From: Eukaryota sp. TZLM1-RC
Taxonomy: Eukaryota; Protista; Metamonada: BaSk clade
NCBI GenBank assembly: GCA_040285825.1
Contig: JAUPSS010000003.1
Location: 2,108,001-2,172,000 of the forward strand
Length of the DNA stretch: 64,000 nucleotides
Reading direction: 5' to 3'
The position numbers were made by a program, and so were the translations under genes. Below are positions 1 to 12,261 of the stretch, one piece after another. Every line of letters starts with the position of its first letter. Within the stretch, counting starts at the first letter, position 1. Under the pieces are notes generated by a model, which was given only the letters and a program-made list of their open reading frames with translations, was not told where the DNA came from and made no database searches.

Positions 1-1160
1 AAAATAGAAAACACAATTCTATTTTGCCAAAACAATCTGTTGAAATTTCTCCCAGTTCTTCTCTTTACAATCAACTCAAAATCATCCAAAAAACGTAAAG
101 CAGTTGGTGCAGGTGAACCAAAAAGGGAAAATACAAATGGATACAAATTGTATTTTGCATGTTGTAGACTGGCCAATTTGGACAAAGGTTCATTGTATTT
201 TTTGAATTTAAAATTTTCAGCATTTGAAAGGGGATTATGAATTTCAGAATTAACAAGCCTTTCATTTGAGGCATTACAAGGATCAACAGACATTACATCC
301 AATAAAATGAAGCTTCCATCTAATCCAGGTAATATGACATCACCTCTATTATTCTTATGAAAATCATTTTCAGCATCAAACAGATTTGACAACAGAGGTT
401 CCAAGAAGGATTCAATTCTATGAGATTTACACATACAATATAACTGGTCTCTTACAGCATCATGAACCTTGCTTCTAAAAGTAATAAAATGTTTACAATT
501 TAACAAATGAGTAATTGTAATTTCTCACCTCTATTGATTGAGGAAAACATTTGTATTTTTTGAATTAAAAATTTTCAGCATTTGAAAGGGGATCTTTAGC
601 AATTAATTGTTTTGATGTAGGGGAGGCAGGTTTTGAGGATGTGGAGTTTTAATTGTGTATTTCATATTTGTTGTTGAATAAAAATAAAAAGAAATTTAAA
701 CAAAAAAATCCAGGTAATATAACATCACCTCTATTATTCTTATGAAAATCATCTTCAGCATCAAACAGATTTGACAACAGAGGTTCCAAGAAGGATTCAA
801 TTCTATGAGATTTACACATACAATATAACTGGTCTCTTACAGCATCATGAACCTTGCTTCTAAAAGTAATAAAATGTTTACAATTTAACAAATGAGTAGT
901 TGTAATTTTTCGAGAACATTTACAAATTAAATTATGAGGTAAATTATCAGGCCAGATAAAGGAACGAAATCTCATATTCAGAGTCCAAGCAGAATCGGAT
1001 AAGAGAGTACCATAAACTTGTGGAATTGTTGTTACTAAGGCAGAAGAAGTACTGTCACACATATCTTGTAAAAGATTTGCAAAAGCAGGATTCTTTTTCT
1101 TGGCCAAGCCAAGTCTAACATCAAAATCCAAGCTTTCAAAAATCTTTGACAATTTTTGTT
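1..1160 (-). mobile_element. Family A 3' (RLE) fragments interrupted by a patchwork containing a + strand family B tail (~592-708)
   Basis: ORF 649..1215; B stop and 3' UTR gtggagttttaattgtgtatttcatatttgttgttgaataaaa at ~641-690; same block at ~17724-18885. Confidence 0.85.
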
Positions 1161-3455
1161 GAATCTGCAAATCTTTCGTGAATCTGCAACATCTTTTTTG
1201 CAAAATGGACAACAAAAATTACTGTTTTCAGAAGGGGAAGAAGAGGGAACACTAGAAGCATTTAACTGTTGATCGTCAGAAACATTATTTTCAGCACCTT
1301 TCACAACGGCAACAGCTGGAACAGAACATTTGAGAATTTGTTGAGCAGATTTTAATTCAAATTCACCTCTATTTTTTTTTACAAAATTTTAATTTTATTC
1401 AAAACCTATAAATCAACATCTAAAAAATCCATCTCTCCCAAAACAAAAACACTAGATGCAACTCTCTCATAGTGAGATCCAAGAGAAAGCAAAGCATCAG
1501 AAACCATCTTCAACATCCCCTTAAAAATAGAAAACACAATTCTATTTTGCCAAAACAATCTGTTGAAATTTCTCCCAGTTCTTCTCTTTTAGATCAATTC
1601 AAAATCATCCAAAAAACGTAAAGCAGTTGGTGCAAGTGAACCAAAAAAGGAAAATACAAATGGATACAAATTGTATTTTGCATGTTGTAGACTGGCCAAT
1701 TTGGACAAAGGTTCATTGTATTTTTTGAATTTAAAATTTTCAGCATTTGAAAGGGGATTATGAATTTCAGAATTAACAAGCCTTTCATTTGAGGCATTAC
1801 AAGGATCAACAGACATTACATCCAATAAAATGAAGCTTCCATCTAATCCAGGTAATATGACATCACCTCTATTATTCTTATGAAAATCATTTTCAGCATC
1901 AAACAGATTTGACAACAGAGGTTCCAAGAAGGATTCAATTCTATGAGATTTACACATACAATATAACTGGTCTCTTACAGCATCATGAACCTTGCTTCTA
2001 AAAGTAATAAAATGTTTACAATTTAACAAATGAGTAGTTGTAATTTTTCGAGAACATTTACAAATTAAATTATGAGGTAAATTATTAGGCCAGATAAAGG
2101 AACGAAATCTCATATTCAGAGTCCAAGCAGAATCGGATAAGAGAGTACCATAAACTTGTGGAATTGTTGTTACTAAGGCAGAAGAAGTACTGTCACACAT
2201 ATCTTGTAAAAGATTTGCAAAAGCAGGATTCTTTTTCTTGGCCAAGCCAAGTCTAACATCAAAATCCAAGCTTTCAAAAATCTTTGACAATTTTTGTTGA
2301 ATCTGCAAATCTTTCGTGAATCTGCAACATCTTTTTTGCAAAATGGACAACAAAAATTACTGTTTTCAGAAGGGGAAGAAGAGGGAACACTAGAAGCATT
2401 TAACTGTTGATCGTCAGAAACATTATTTTCAGCACCTTTCACAACGGCAACAGCTGGAACAGAACATTTGAGAATTTGTTGAGCAGATTTTAATTCAAAT
2501 TCACCTCTATTTTTTTTTTACAAAATTTTAATTTTATTCAAAACCTATAAATCAACATCTAAAAAATCCATCTCTCCCAAAACAAAAACACTAGATGCAA
2601 CTCTCTCATAGTGAGATCCAAGAGAAAGCAAAGCATCAGAAACCATCTTCAACATCCCCTTAAAAATAGAAAACACAATTCTATTTTGCCAAAACAATCT
2701 GTTGAAATTTCTCCCAGTTCTTCTCTTTACAATCAATTCAAAATCATCCAAAAAACGTAAAGCAGTTGGTGCAAGTGAACCAAAAAAGGAAAATACAAAT
2801 GGATACAAATTGTATTTTGCATGTTGTAGACTGGCCAATTTGGACAAAGGTTCATTGTATTTTTTGAATTTAAAATTTTCAGCATTTGAAAGGGGATTAT
2901 GAATTTCAGAATTAACAAGCCTTTCATTTGAGGCATTACAAGGATCAACAGACATTACATCCAATAAAATGAAGCTTCCATCTAATCCAGGTAATATGAC
3001 ATCACCTCTATTATTCTTATGAAAATCATTTTCAGCATCAAACAGATTTGACAACAGAGGTTCCAAGAAGGATTCAATTCTATGAGATTTACACATACAA
3101 TATAACTGGTCTCTTACAGCATCATGAACCTTGCTTCTAAAAAGTAATAAAATGTTTACAATTTAACAAATGAGTAGTTGTAATTTTTCGAGAACATTTA
3201 CAAATTAAATTATGAGGTAAATTATTAGGCCAGATAAAGGAACGAAATCTCATATTCAGAGTCCAAGCAGAATCGGATAAGAGAGTACCATAAACTTGTG
3301 GAATTGTTGTTACTAAGGCAGAAGAAGTACTGTCACACATATCTTGTAAAAAGATTTGCAAAAGCGGGATTCTTTTTCTTGGCCAAGCCAAGTCTAACAT
3401 CAAAATCCAAGCTTTCAAAAATCTTTGACAATTTTTGTTGAATCTGCAAATCTTT
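1161..3455 (-). repeat. Tandem repeat of a ~1.14 kb unit (A N-terminal fragment + 5'-truncated A tail)
   Basis: Linker aatctgcaaatcttt recurs at ~1161, 2300 and 3441; ORFs 1035..1304 and 2173..2442 are identical. Confidence 0.9.
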
Positions 3456-5568
3456 TTTTTCTCCCTCCCTTAGTCAACCCTCTCATATTTCACTTTCTGT
3501 CAAGGCGTCAAAGTCTTACTGTTTCTCTGTCAAAACGATGCCATTGGCTGATAGTGACTCTGATACTGATTGGAACTCCCGAGTAAAGATTCTACCAGTC
3601 AGATCAAGCTCATCCTCTTCACTTCCCCACTCTCCCCACAATACAAGCTATGCTCGAAATTCATCTCAAAAAAATTTTCATTCAAAAACTGATCATTGTA
3701 CCAGAAAAACCACACAAAAAACACAATTACGATCCTTACGTTCTGTTGCGCGTTCCATTGACAACTCCTTTTCTCGAAATTTGTTTGCTCCAGCTGAAAT
3801 TGGAAAAAGTCAAAAATCTATTTCTACTTTTAACTCACCAATTGACAAAATAGAAATAACAGAAAAAATAAAACCTTTACCATTAAAAGGTTCTAAAAAA
3901 TGTTCGATTTGTGGTATCAGTGGTCATAATTTGAGAACATGCCCTGAAAAACAAAAAAGAGAAATTGAATTAAAATCTGCTCAACAAATTCTTGAATGTT
4001 CTGTTCCAGCTGATGCCGTTGTGAAAGGTGCTGAAAATAATGTTTCTGACGATCAACATTTAAATGCTTCTAGTGCTCACTCTTCTTCCCCTTCTGAAAA
4101 CAGAAATTTTTGTTGTCCATTTTGCAAAAAGATGTTATAGATTCAAGAAATGGTCGAAAACTTCTGTTTTGTACGAATTGTAAAGCCGTTGATACCGTAA
4201 GACCCCCGATCCGGATCCCAGTAGAAATTAGCCCCGCCAGCACAATCCCCTTCTCAATGGAAATGAGAAATTTTACTTCTGAATTGAAAAATAATAAGTG
4301 GAATATTTCATCCTTCTGGAAATATTTTGCTCGAAAAAACAAAAATTGTTTTAAGAAAAATTTGGAAATAGAAGAATTGTAAAATCAAAAATTTGCCGAA
4401 AATTGTGCTTACGTGGTCGTTATGGTGCCGCAAAGCAGTCCTTGTTTTCCTCTTCTTTGGCTGATGCAAACTCTGATACCCTTGAAAAACTTCAAAAGTT
4501 GCATCCTCAAGAAAATTTCAAGTGCAGCAAGCCTGATGTGTGTCCTTTTTGGATTGAAAATCCTATTACTGCAATTGAAGTTCTTAAAGCTATTCAAAAA
4601 TTACCAAAGGGGAAAGCAGCAGGCCCATCTGGAATTTCTTTTGATCTCTTAAAAATAGCATGTTCCAGTGCTCCTGAAATTGCTGATGATCTAGCCCATT
4701 ATTTTCAACAATTAATTGTTTTGAAAATTAATCCTCCATTTGAATTACTCGCTGCACGTCTGATTGCTTTAGTAAAGCCTGGAAACGGAATCAAACCTGA
4801 TGGAATACGCCCAATTGCTGTTGGTGAATCTCTTTCTCGTTTGCTAGCATCAATTGTCTTCGATCGTGTCAAAGACAAAGCTTCTACATTTTTGAATCCT
4901 CATCAATTTGGAATCAAAACAATTGATGGTGCTTCTGTTGCTGCTATTGCCTCTGATACCTTTTTTAATGCAGAGGAAAATAATTTTATTTTTAATCTCG
5001 ACTTTAAAAATGCCTTTAATTCTGTAAAGCGAGAAGCAATTTTTGAAGTTATTAAATCTGATTTTCCTGAGCTATCGAGTTTTTTTTACCATTTTTATGG
5101 GAAAGAATCGGATTTAATTTTTAATTCATTTGGTCTTAAATCATCTTCTGGTGTGAAGCAAGGTGATCCTTTGGGCCCGTTATTATTTTGTTTAGCTATT
5201 CACAAAACTTTAAATATCATTAAGCACAAATACCCTTCTATAAAAATAGTTGCTTATATGGATGATATATCCTTGATTGGTTCATTTGATTTACTAGAAT
5301 TGGTTGCTCAAGAAATTGCCGATTCATATAAAAATATTGGGCTTCATCTTAATGCCAGCAAATGCCTTCTGATTGGATCTTCTGCTCAAGATCTCGTGAT
5401 AAACGATTCTATTGTCCCTTTTACTAATTATAGTAGTGATGCTTTTAAGTTCCTTGGTTGTTGGTTAGGAAACGTGCCTCAAATTCAGAATGAATTACAA
5501 GTTATTTTGGAAAAAATGAAAATTGAACTTGATTCAATTTCTTCTTTAGATATAGAAAAAAACATATT

Positions 5569-8500
5569 AATTTATATTTATTTCTTCAGAAGATTGCCTT
5601 GGTTTATTGACCAAATTTTTTTCAACCAAATATTATCTGGTCAACGCAAGTACCCAGAAGAATTAAGAAGTTCTCGTTTGACTGCACTTGTCAAAAATTC
5701 AAAAATGGATGTTCGTCCTATTGCAGTCTCTGAGAGCTTACATAATATTTTTTTCTGCGTGTTGCTTAAGCAGGTTCAATGAAAAAAAGCTAAAAAGATT
5801 TTTATTACCCTTTCAATATGGTATAAATACTACAGATGGAGTCTCTTCAGCGATTTTTGCTACTGATGTCTTATTTTCGTCAAAAATGAATCCAATGTTT
5901 GCATGTCATTGGATTTTTAGTAATGCTTTCAATTCGCTAAGTCGTCGCAGTATCCATGGTGCTCTATTGCAATATATGCCAGAATTAATACCATATTTTC
6001 AATCAACATATTGCACATATTCTAATTTACATTTTGGTAACAACATTTTGATTTCATCAAGTGGCGTAAAAGCAAGGAGATCCGTTAGGACCTCTTTTTG
6101 TTTTGTTTGGCCATTCATCCTATTCTACTGCAAATTCAAGAGATGTTTCCTTCACTAAAAAAATGATTGCATATATGGATGATGTTGTGCTTATTGGTGA
6201 ATTAAATATTGTGAAAAAAAGCAACTGTATGTTTTAAAGAATTATTTACCAAAATTGGTCTCCGACTTAATTTTCTTAAATGTGTTTTGTTATCGAATTC
6301 TCCAGTTTCCACAATAATTGATGATATTGAAATTCAAGCCAAATTATATTCAATTGATGCTATTCGTCATTTGGGTTCGTTTTTAGGAAATAATGATGAA
6401 ATTACCAAAAAATTGTTTGAAAAGTTGAACTCAATTTCTGACAAAATTGACCGAATGATGAATTTAGATATAAAAAAACACATCAAATTTACCATTATAA
6501 GACTGTGTTTTAGTTCCAATTTTAATCATATATTTCGATCTACAAATCCTCTCGTCACTAGACCTTTGGCTCAAAAGTTTAATGAGTTACGTGCAAAAGT
6601 TCTGTCTCAATTACTGGGATGTAAAATGTTTCAAATTCCAGATCATGCTTACCTTAGTCCACAATATGGTGGTTTAGGGTGGACGAAGGCTTCTATTCTT
6701 ACCTCGTGTGCTTTTGTTGGTGGATGCAGAAATGCAATCTTTGAAAGAAAAATGTATTTGTTCGAATTTTTTATGCTTAAAATTTGCTACACTGGGAGAA
6801 TAACCCACATTTTGAGATCTTGTGCTCCTTCCATAGCATTAGATTTTTGTCGTTCTTTTAATTCATTGAGAACAGAATTTTTTGCTGATTTATTGGATGT
6901 AGAACCAGGAATGTTGAAAAGCCATTTATTTTCTTCAGCAAATTTGGGGGGTATTGGATTTACTAAATCTTCAATTTTGTGTCAATCAGCATTCTTGGGT
7001 GGTGGCAAAAATTTTATTTATGAATTTTCTCGTAGATTTCCTGATGATTCTCATCTGTTAGTCCCCAATTGTAGTCCCTATTTGTATGAGTTATCTTGTG
7101 AACTTGAAAAATTACCGCCACAAATTTGGACCAAATGTTTTCCTCAATCAATTCAAGAAATTCCAAACCGATCTCTATTTAATTTACAGTTTTGCTGTAA
7201 AAAGCTTCAACAAAAATTGTCAAAGATTTTTGAAAGCTTGGATTTTGATGTTAGACTTGGCTTGGCCAAGAAAAAGAATCCCGCTTTTGCAAATCTTTTT
7301 ACAAGATATGTGTGACAGTACTTCTTCTGCCTTAGTAACAACAATTCCACAAGTTTATGGTACTCTCTTATCCGATTCTGCTTGGACTCTGAATATGAGA
7401 TTTCGTTCCTTTATCTGGCCTGATAATTTACCTCATAATTTAATTTGTAAATGTTCTCGAGAAATTACAACTACTCATTTGTTAAATTGTAAACATTTTA
7501 TTACTTTTAGAAGCAAGGTTCATGATGCTGTAAGAGACCAGTTATATTGTATGTGTAAATCTCATAGAATTGAATCCTTCTTGGAACCTTTGTTGTCAAA
7601 TCTGTTTGATGCTGAAAATGATTTTCATAAGAATAATAGAGGTGATGTCATATTACCTGGATTAGATGGAAGCTTCATTTTATTGGATGTAATGTCTGTT
7701 GATCCTTGTAATGCCTCAAATGAAAGGCTTGTTAATTCTGAAATTCATAATCCCCTTTCAAATGCTGAAAATTTTAAATTCAAAAAATACAATGAACCTT
7801 TGTCCAAATTGGCCAGTCTACAGCATGCAAAATACAATTTGTATCCATTTGTATTTTCCCTTTTGGTTCACTTGCACCAACTGCTTTACGTTTTTTGGAT
7901 GATTTTGAAATGATTGTAAAGAGAAGAACTGGCAGAAATTTCAACAGATTGTTTTGGCAAAATAGAATTGTGTTTTCTATTTTTAAGGGGATGTTGAAGA
8001 TGGTTTCTGATGCTTTGCTTTCTCTTGGATCTCACTATGAGAGAGTTGCATCTAGTGTTTTTGTTTTGGGAGAGATGGATTTTTTAGATGTTGATTTATA
8101 GGTTTAGAATAAAATTAAATTTTAAAAAAAAAAAAAAAAAATTCACCTCAACTCACTTTGCGCCATGCTCTAAATTGCTCTAAATTGATAACTTATCGTT
8201 CTTCATTACATGATGCTGTTAGAGACACTGTTTTCAATATGGCACAAACTGCAAGGATATCGTGTATCAAAGAGCCCCTGCTGAAAGAAACACTTTCTCT
8301 GAATAATTTTGGTTCTGATGATAGAGGTGATGTATACTGTGATTGGATTGATAATTCTGAAGCTATTGTTGACTTTGTCTCATGTAATGTTGCAAACGAT
8401 ACTTTGGTTCACAGAAGAAAACTTAATCCTGTGGCTGCTCTGGATTTTAAAGCAAAAGAAAAACATAGAAAATATGATAAAGAAATTGAAGATGCAAATA

Positions 8501-8829
8501 TCGATAGAAATACACAGCTGGTTTTTATTGCTTTTCCATTTTCGATAAATGGAAGATTATCAGTTGAAGCAGAAACTTTTTTGGATGACTTCCAAAAAAT
8601 GGTGAAAGAAAAAACAATGAAAAGATTTGATATTTTTTTATGGCGTTCACGGATTCAATTTGCCATTATTAATAGATTACCGCGGTTTTTCAATCGAATT
8701 AGAGAAGCTTTAGCTAGACAGCAAGCAAATCAAGATTTTGTAGAGGAAATCTTGGTTTAATGATAGTCGTCCCATTAGTTATGATTTAATTTAATCAAGT
8801 GTGCAAATTCAATAAATTAACTTATATAA
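5569..8829 (+). mobile_element. 5'-truncated, internally deleted family C element inserted in A
   Basis: Distinct RT (MDVRPIAVSESL, YMDDVVLIG) and C-terminus ..DFVEEILV (ORF 8158..8760); aaaaacatatt on both sides. Confidence 0.88.
6769..8139 (+). mobile_element. Young 5'-truncated family A copy nested in C
   Basis: Begins FFMLKICY, ends in an 18-nt poly(A) at 8124-8141; C is uninterrupted (gttcgaattcacctc) in the duplicate at ~23331-23345. Confidence 0.9.
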
Positions 8830-9564
8830 AAAAACATATTAAATTTTTCATGCTTAAAATTTGCTACACTGGGAGAATGACCCACATTTTGAGATCTTGT
8901 GCTCCTTCCATAGCATTAGATTTTTGTCGTTCTTTTAATTCATTGAGAACAGAATTTTTTGCTGATTTATTGGATGTAGAACCAGGGATGTTGAAAAGCC
9001 ATTTATTTTCTTCAGCAAATTTGGGTGGTATTGGATTTACTAAGTCTTCAATTTTGTGTCAATCAGCATTCTTGGGTGGTGGCAAAAATTTTATTTATGA
9101 ATTTTCTCGTAGATTTCCTGATGATTCTCATCTGTTAGTTCCCAATTGCAGTTCTTATTTGTATGAGTTATCTTGTGAACTTGAAAAATTGCCGCCACAA
9201 ATTTGGACCAAATGTTTTCCTCAATCAATTCAAGAAATTCCAAACCGATCTCTTTTTAATTTACAGTTTTGCTGTAAAAAGCTTCAACAAAAATTGTCAA
9301 AGATTTTTGAAAGCTTGGATTTTGATGTTAGACTTGGCTTGGCCAAGAAAAAGAATCCCGCTTTTGCAAATCTTTTACAAGATATGCGTGACAGTACTTC
9401 TTCTGCCTTAGTAACAACAATTCCACAAGTTTATGGTACTCTCTTATCCGATTCTGCTTGGACTCTGAATATGAGATTTCGTTCCTTTATCTGGCCTGAT
9501 AATTTACCTCATAATTTAATTTGTAAATGTTCTCGAGAAATTACAACTACTGATTTGTTAAATT

Positions 9565-9633
9565 AATTTATTGAATTTGCACACTTGATTAAATTAAATC
9601 ATAACTAATGGGACGACTATCATTAAACCAAGG
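9565..9633 (-). mobile_element. 69-bp family C 3' tail insertion
   Basis: Reverse complement of the C 3' UTR; TSD tttgttaaatt at 9554-9564 and 9634-9644. Confidence 0.85.
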
Positions 9634-10306
9634 TTTGTTAAATTGTAAACATTTTATTACTTTTAGAAGCAAGGTTCATGATGCTGTGAGAGACCAGTTA
9701 TATTGTATGTGTAAATCTCATAGAATTGAATCCTTCTTGGAACCTCTGTTGTCAAATCTGTTTGATGCTGAAGATGATTTTCATAAGAATAATGGAGGTG
9801 ATGTTATATTACCTGGATTAGATGGAAGTTTCATTTTAGTGGATGTAATGTCTGTTGATCCTTGTAATGCCTCAAATGAAAGGCTAGTTAATTCTGAAAT
9901 TCATAATCCCCTTTCAAATGCTGAAAATCTTAAATTGAAAAAATACAATGAACCTTTGTCCAAATTGGCCAGTCTACAGCATGCAAAATACAATTTGTAT
10001 CCATTTGTATTTTCCCTTTTTGGTTCACTTGCACCAACTGCTTTACGTTTTTTGGATGATTTTGAAATGATTGTAAAGAGAAGAACTGGGAGAAATTTCA
10101 ACAGATTGTTTTGGCAAAATAGAATTGTGTTTTCTATTTTTAAGGGGATGTTGAAGATGGTTTCTGATGCTTTGCTTTCTCTTGGATCTCACTATGAGAG
10201 AGTTGCATCTAGTGTTTTTGTTCTGGGAGAGATGGATTTTTTAGATGTTGATTTATAGGTTTTGAATAAAATTAAAATTTTGTTAAAAAATCTGCAAATC
10301 TTTCGT

Positions 10307-11323
10307 TAATTCCCACTCGATCACTTCCAAATTTACGTTTTTGCTTGAAAAAGCTTCAGCACCATCTGGTTAAATTATATGAAGGCTTGGATTATGAAGT
10401 AAGACTTGGCTTGGCCAAAACTAAAAATCCCGCTTTCGGTAATTTTTTAAAGGATATTCGTCATAGTTCAGCTGCTGCTTTAGTAACTCAAGTTCCCTCT
10501 GTTTATGGACTTTTGTTAAAAGACAATGAATGGCTTCTAAACATGCGTTTTCGTTGTTTTCTGTGGCCAAACAATTTGCCCAATCATTTAACTTGTAAAT
10601 GTGGTAAACCTCTTTTGTTTACTCATCTTTTGAACTGTAAACATTTCATTACGTTTAGAAGCAAAGTGCATAATAACGTCAGGGACCAAATTTATGTAAT
10701 GTGCAAATCATATCGTGTAGATTCCTTTTTAGAACCGCTGTTATCAAAATTAATTCTTGATGATCCCAATATTGATAGTACGCGTTACAACAGAGCTTCT
10801 ATGGGTCTGACTAGAGGTGATCTAGTTGTTCCTGGTTTAAATGGTAGTTTTACTATTTTGGACGCCATGTCTATTGACCCTTGTAATTCCTCTAACGAAC
10901 ATTTCATTAACTCGGATGTAAATAATCCTCTTCTTGCAGGCGAAAAATATAAAATTGCTAAATATGCGAAACCCATTTCCTCGGTTAATGAAAATTCTCA
11001 TGCCCAATATAATTTATGTCCATTTGTTTTTTTCTTTGCTTGGATCTCTAGGTAAGGCTGCTATGGCTTTCCTTGAGGATTTTGTTGTAGTTGTAAAGGA
11101 AAGAACTGGAAGAATTTTCAATCGTGTTTACTGGCAAAACAGGATTGTATTTTCTATTTTTAAGGGAATGGTAACACTAATTTCTGATTTACTATCTTCT
11201 TTTTGGGAAATTTTCTGAATCTTTAGCGATTAATTGTTTTGATGTAGGGGAGGCAGGTTTTGAGGATGTGGAGTTTTAATTGTGTATTTCATATTTGTTG
11301 TTGAATAAAAAGTTTTAGAAAAA
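10307..11323 (+). mobile_element. 5'-truncated family B element (zinc finger + RLE)
   Basis: ORFs 10345..11055 and 10934..11218; ends ..GFEDVEF; TSD aaatctttcgt at 10296-10306 and 11324-11334. Confidence 0.88.
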
Positions 11324-11340
11324 AAATCTTTCGTGAATCT

Positions 11341-12258
11341 TTTTTTTTTAATTTATTTTTATTCAACAACAAATATGAAATACAATTAATTTATTGAATT
11401 TGCACACTTGATTAAATTAAATCATAACTAATGGGACGACTATCATTAAACCAAGATTTCCTCTACAAAATCTTGATTTGCTTGCTGTCTAGCTAAAGCT
11501 TCTCTAATTCGATTGAAAAACCGCGGTAATCTATTAATAATGGCAAATTGAATCCGTGAACGCCATAAAAAAAATATCAAATCTTTTTCATTGATTTTTC
11601 TTTCACCATTTTTTGGAAGTCATCCAAAAAAGTTTCTGCTTCAACTGATAATCTTCCATTTATCGAAAATGGAAAAGCAATAAAAACCAGCTGTGTATTT
11701 CTATCGATATTTGCATCTTCAATTTCTTTATCATATTTTCTATGTTTTTCTTTTGCTTTAAAATCCAGAGCAGCCACAGGATTAAGTTTTCTTCTGTGAA
11801 CCAAAGTATTGTTTGCAACATTACATGAGACAAAGTCAACAATAGCTTCAGAATTATCAATCCAATCACAGTATACATCACCTCTATCATCAGAATCAAA
11901 AATTATTCAGAGAAAGTGTTTCTTTCAGCAGGGGCTCTTTGATACACGATATCCTTGCAGTTTGTGCCATATTGAAAACAGTGTCTCTAACAGCATCATG
12001 TAATGAAGAACGATAAGTTATCAATTTAGAGCAATTTAGAGCATGGCGCAAAGTGAGTTGAGGTGAATTCGAACAAATACATTTTTCTTTTGATAATAAT
12101 TGGTTAATGGGGATGTTCAAATATAATCTCATTTTTGTTACAAATGCTTCATTAGTAGCACACAATCCAAATCTTCGTGGTACAATGGTTACAAAAAGTG
12201 AAGAATCTGACACCTTGTTTTCACAAACACCCTTTTCCAATAACAATGAGTGAAGATC
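11341..12258 (-). mobile_element. Short B tail (~11341-11384) followed by family C 3' portion
   Basis: ORFs 11896..12246 and 11577..11804 match the C C-terminus; C 3' UTR reverse complement at ~11385-11450. Confidence 0.85.
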
Positions 12259-12261
12259 TTA

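Larger units (their letters stand above)
3456..10288 (+). mobile_element. Full-length family A element carrying nested insertions, flanked by 15-bp TSD aatctgcaaatcttt
   Basis: 5' T-run+ctccctcccttagtcaaccc at ~3456; ATG 3538 (MPLADSDSD); stop ..DFLDVDL at 10258; TSD 3441-3455 and 10289-10303. Confidence 0.9.

Noticed and set aside
40-240. Recurrent small ORFs (MKFLPVLLF.., MILVMPQMK.., MSYLVNLKN.., MGFAYLAIL..)
   Set aside because: Antisense or alternate frames of the retrotransposon ORF; they recur only because the element is repeated.
3538-8101. Apparent multi-ORF organisation or programmed frameshifting
   Set aside because: Breaks lie in homopolymers and differ between copies; 20123..22195 reads through the same positions.
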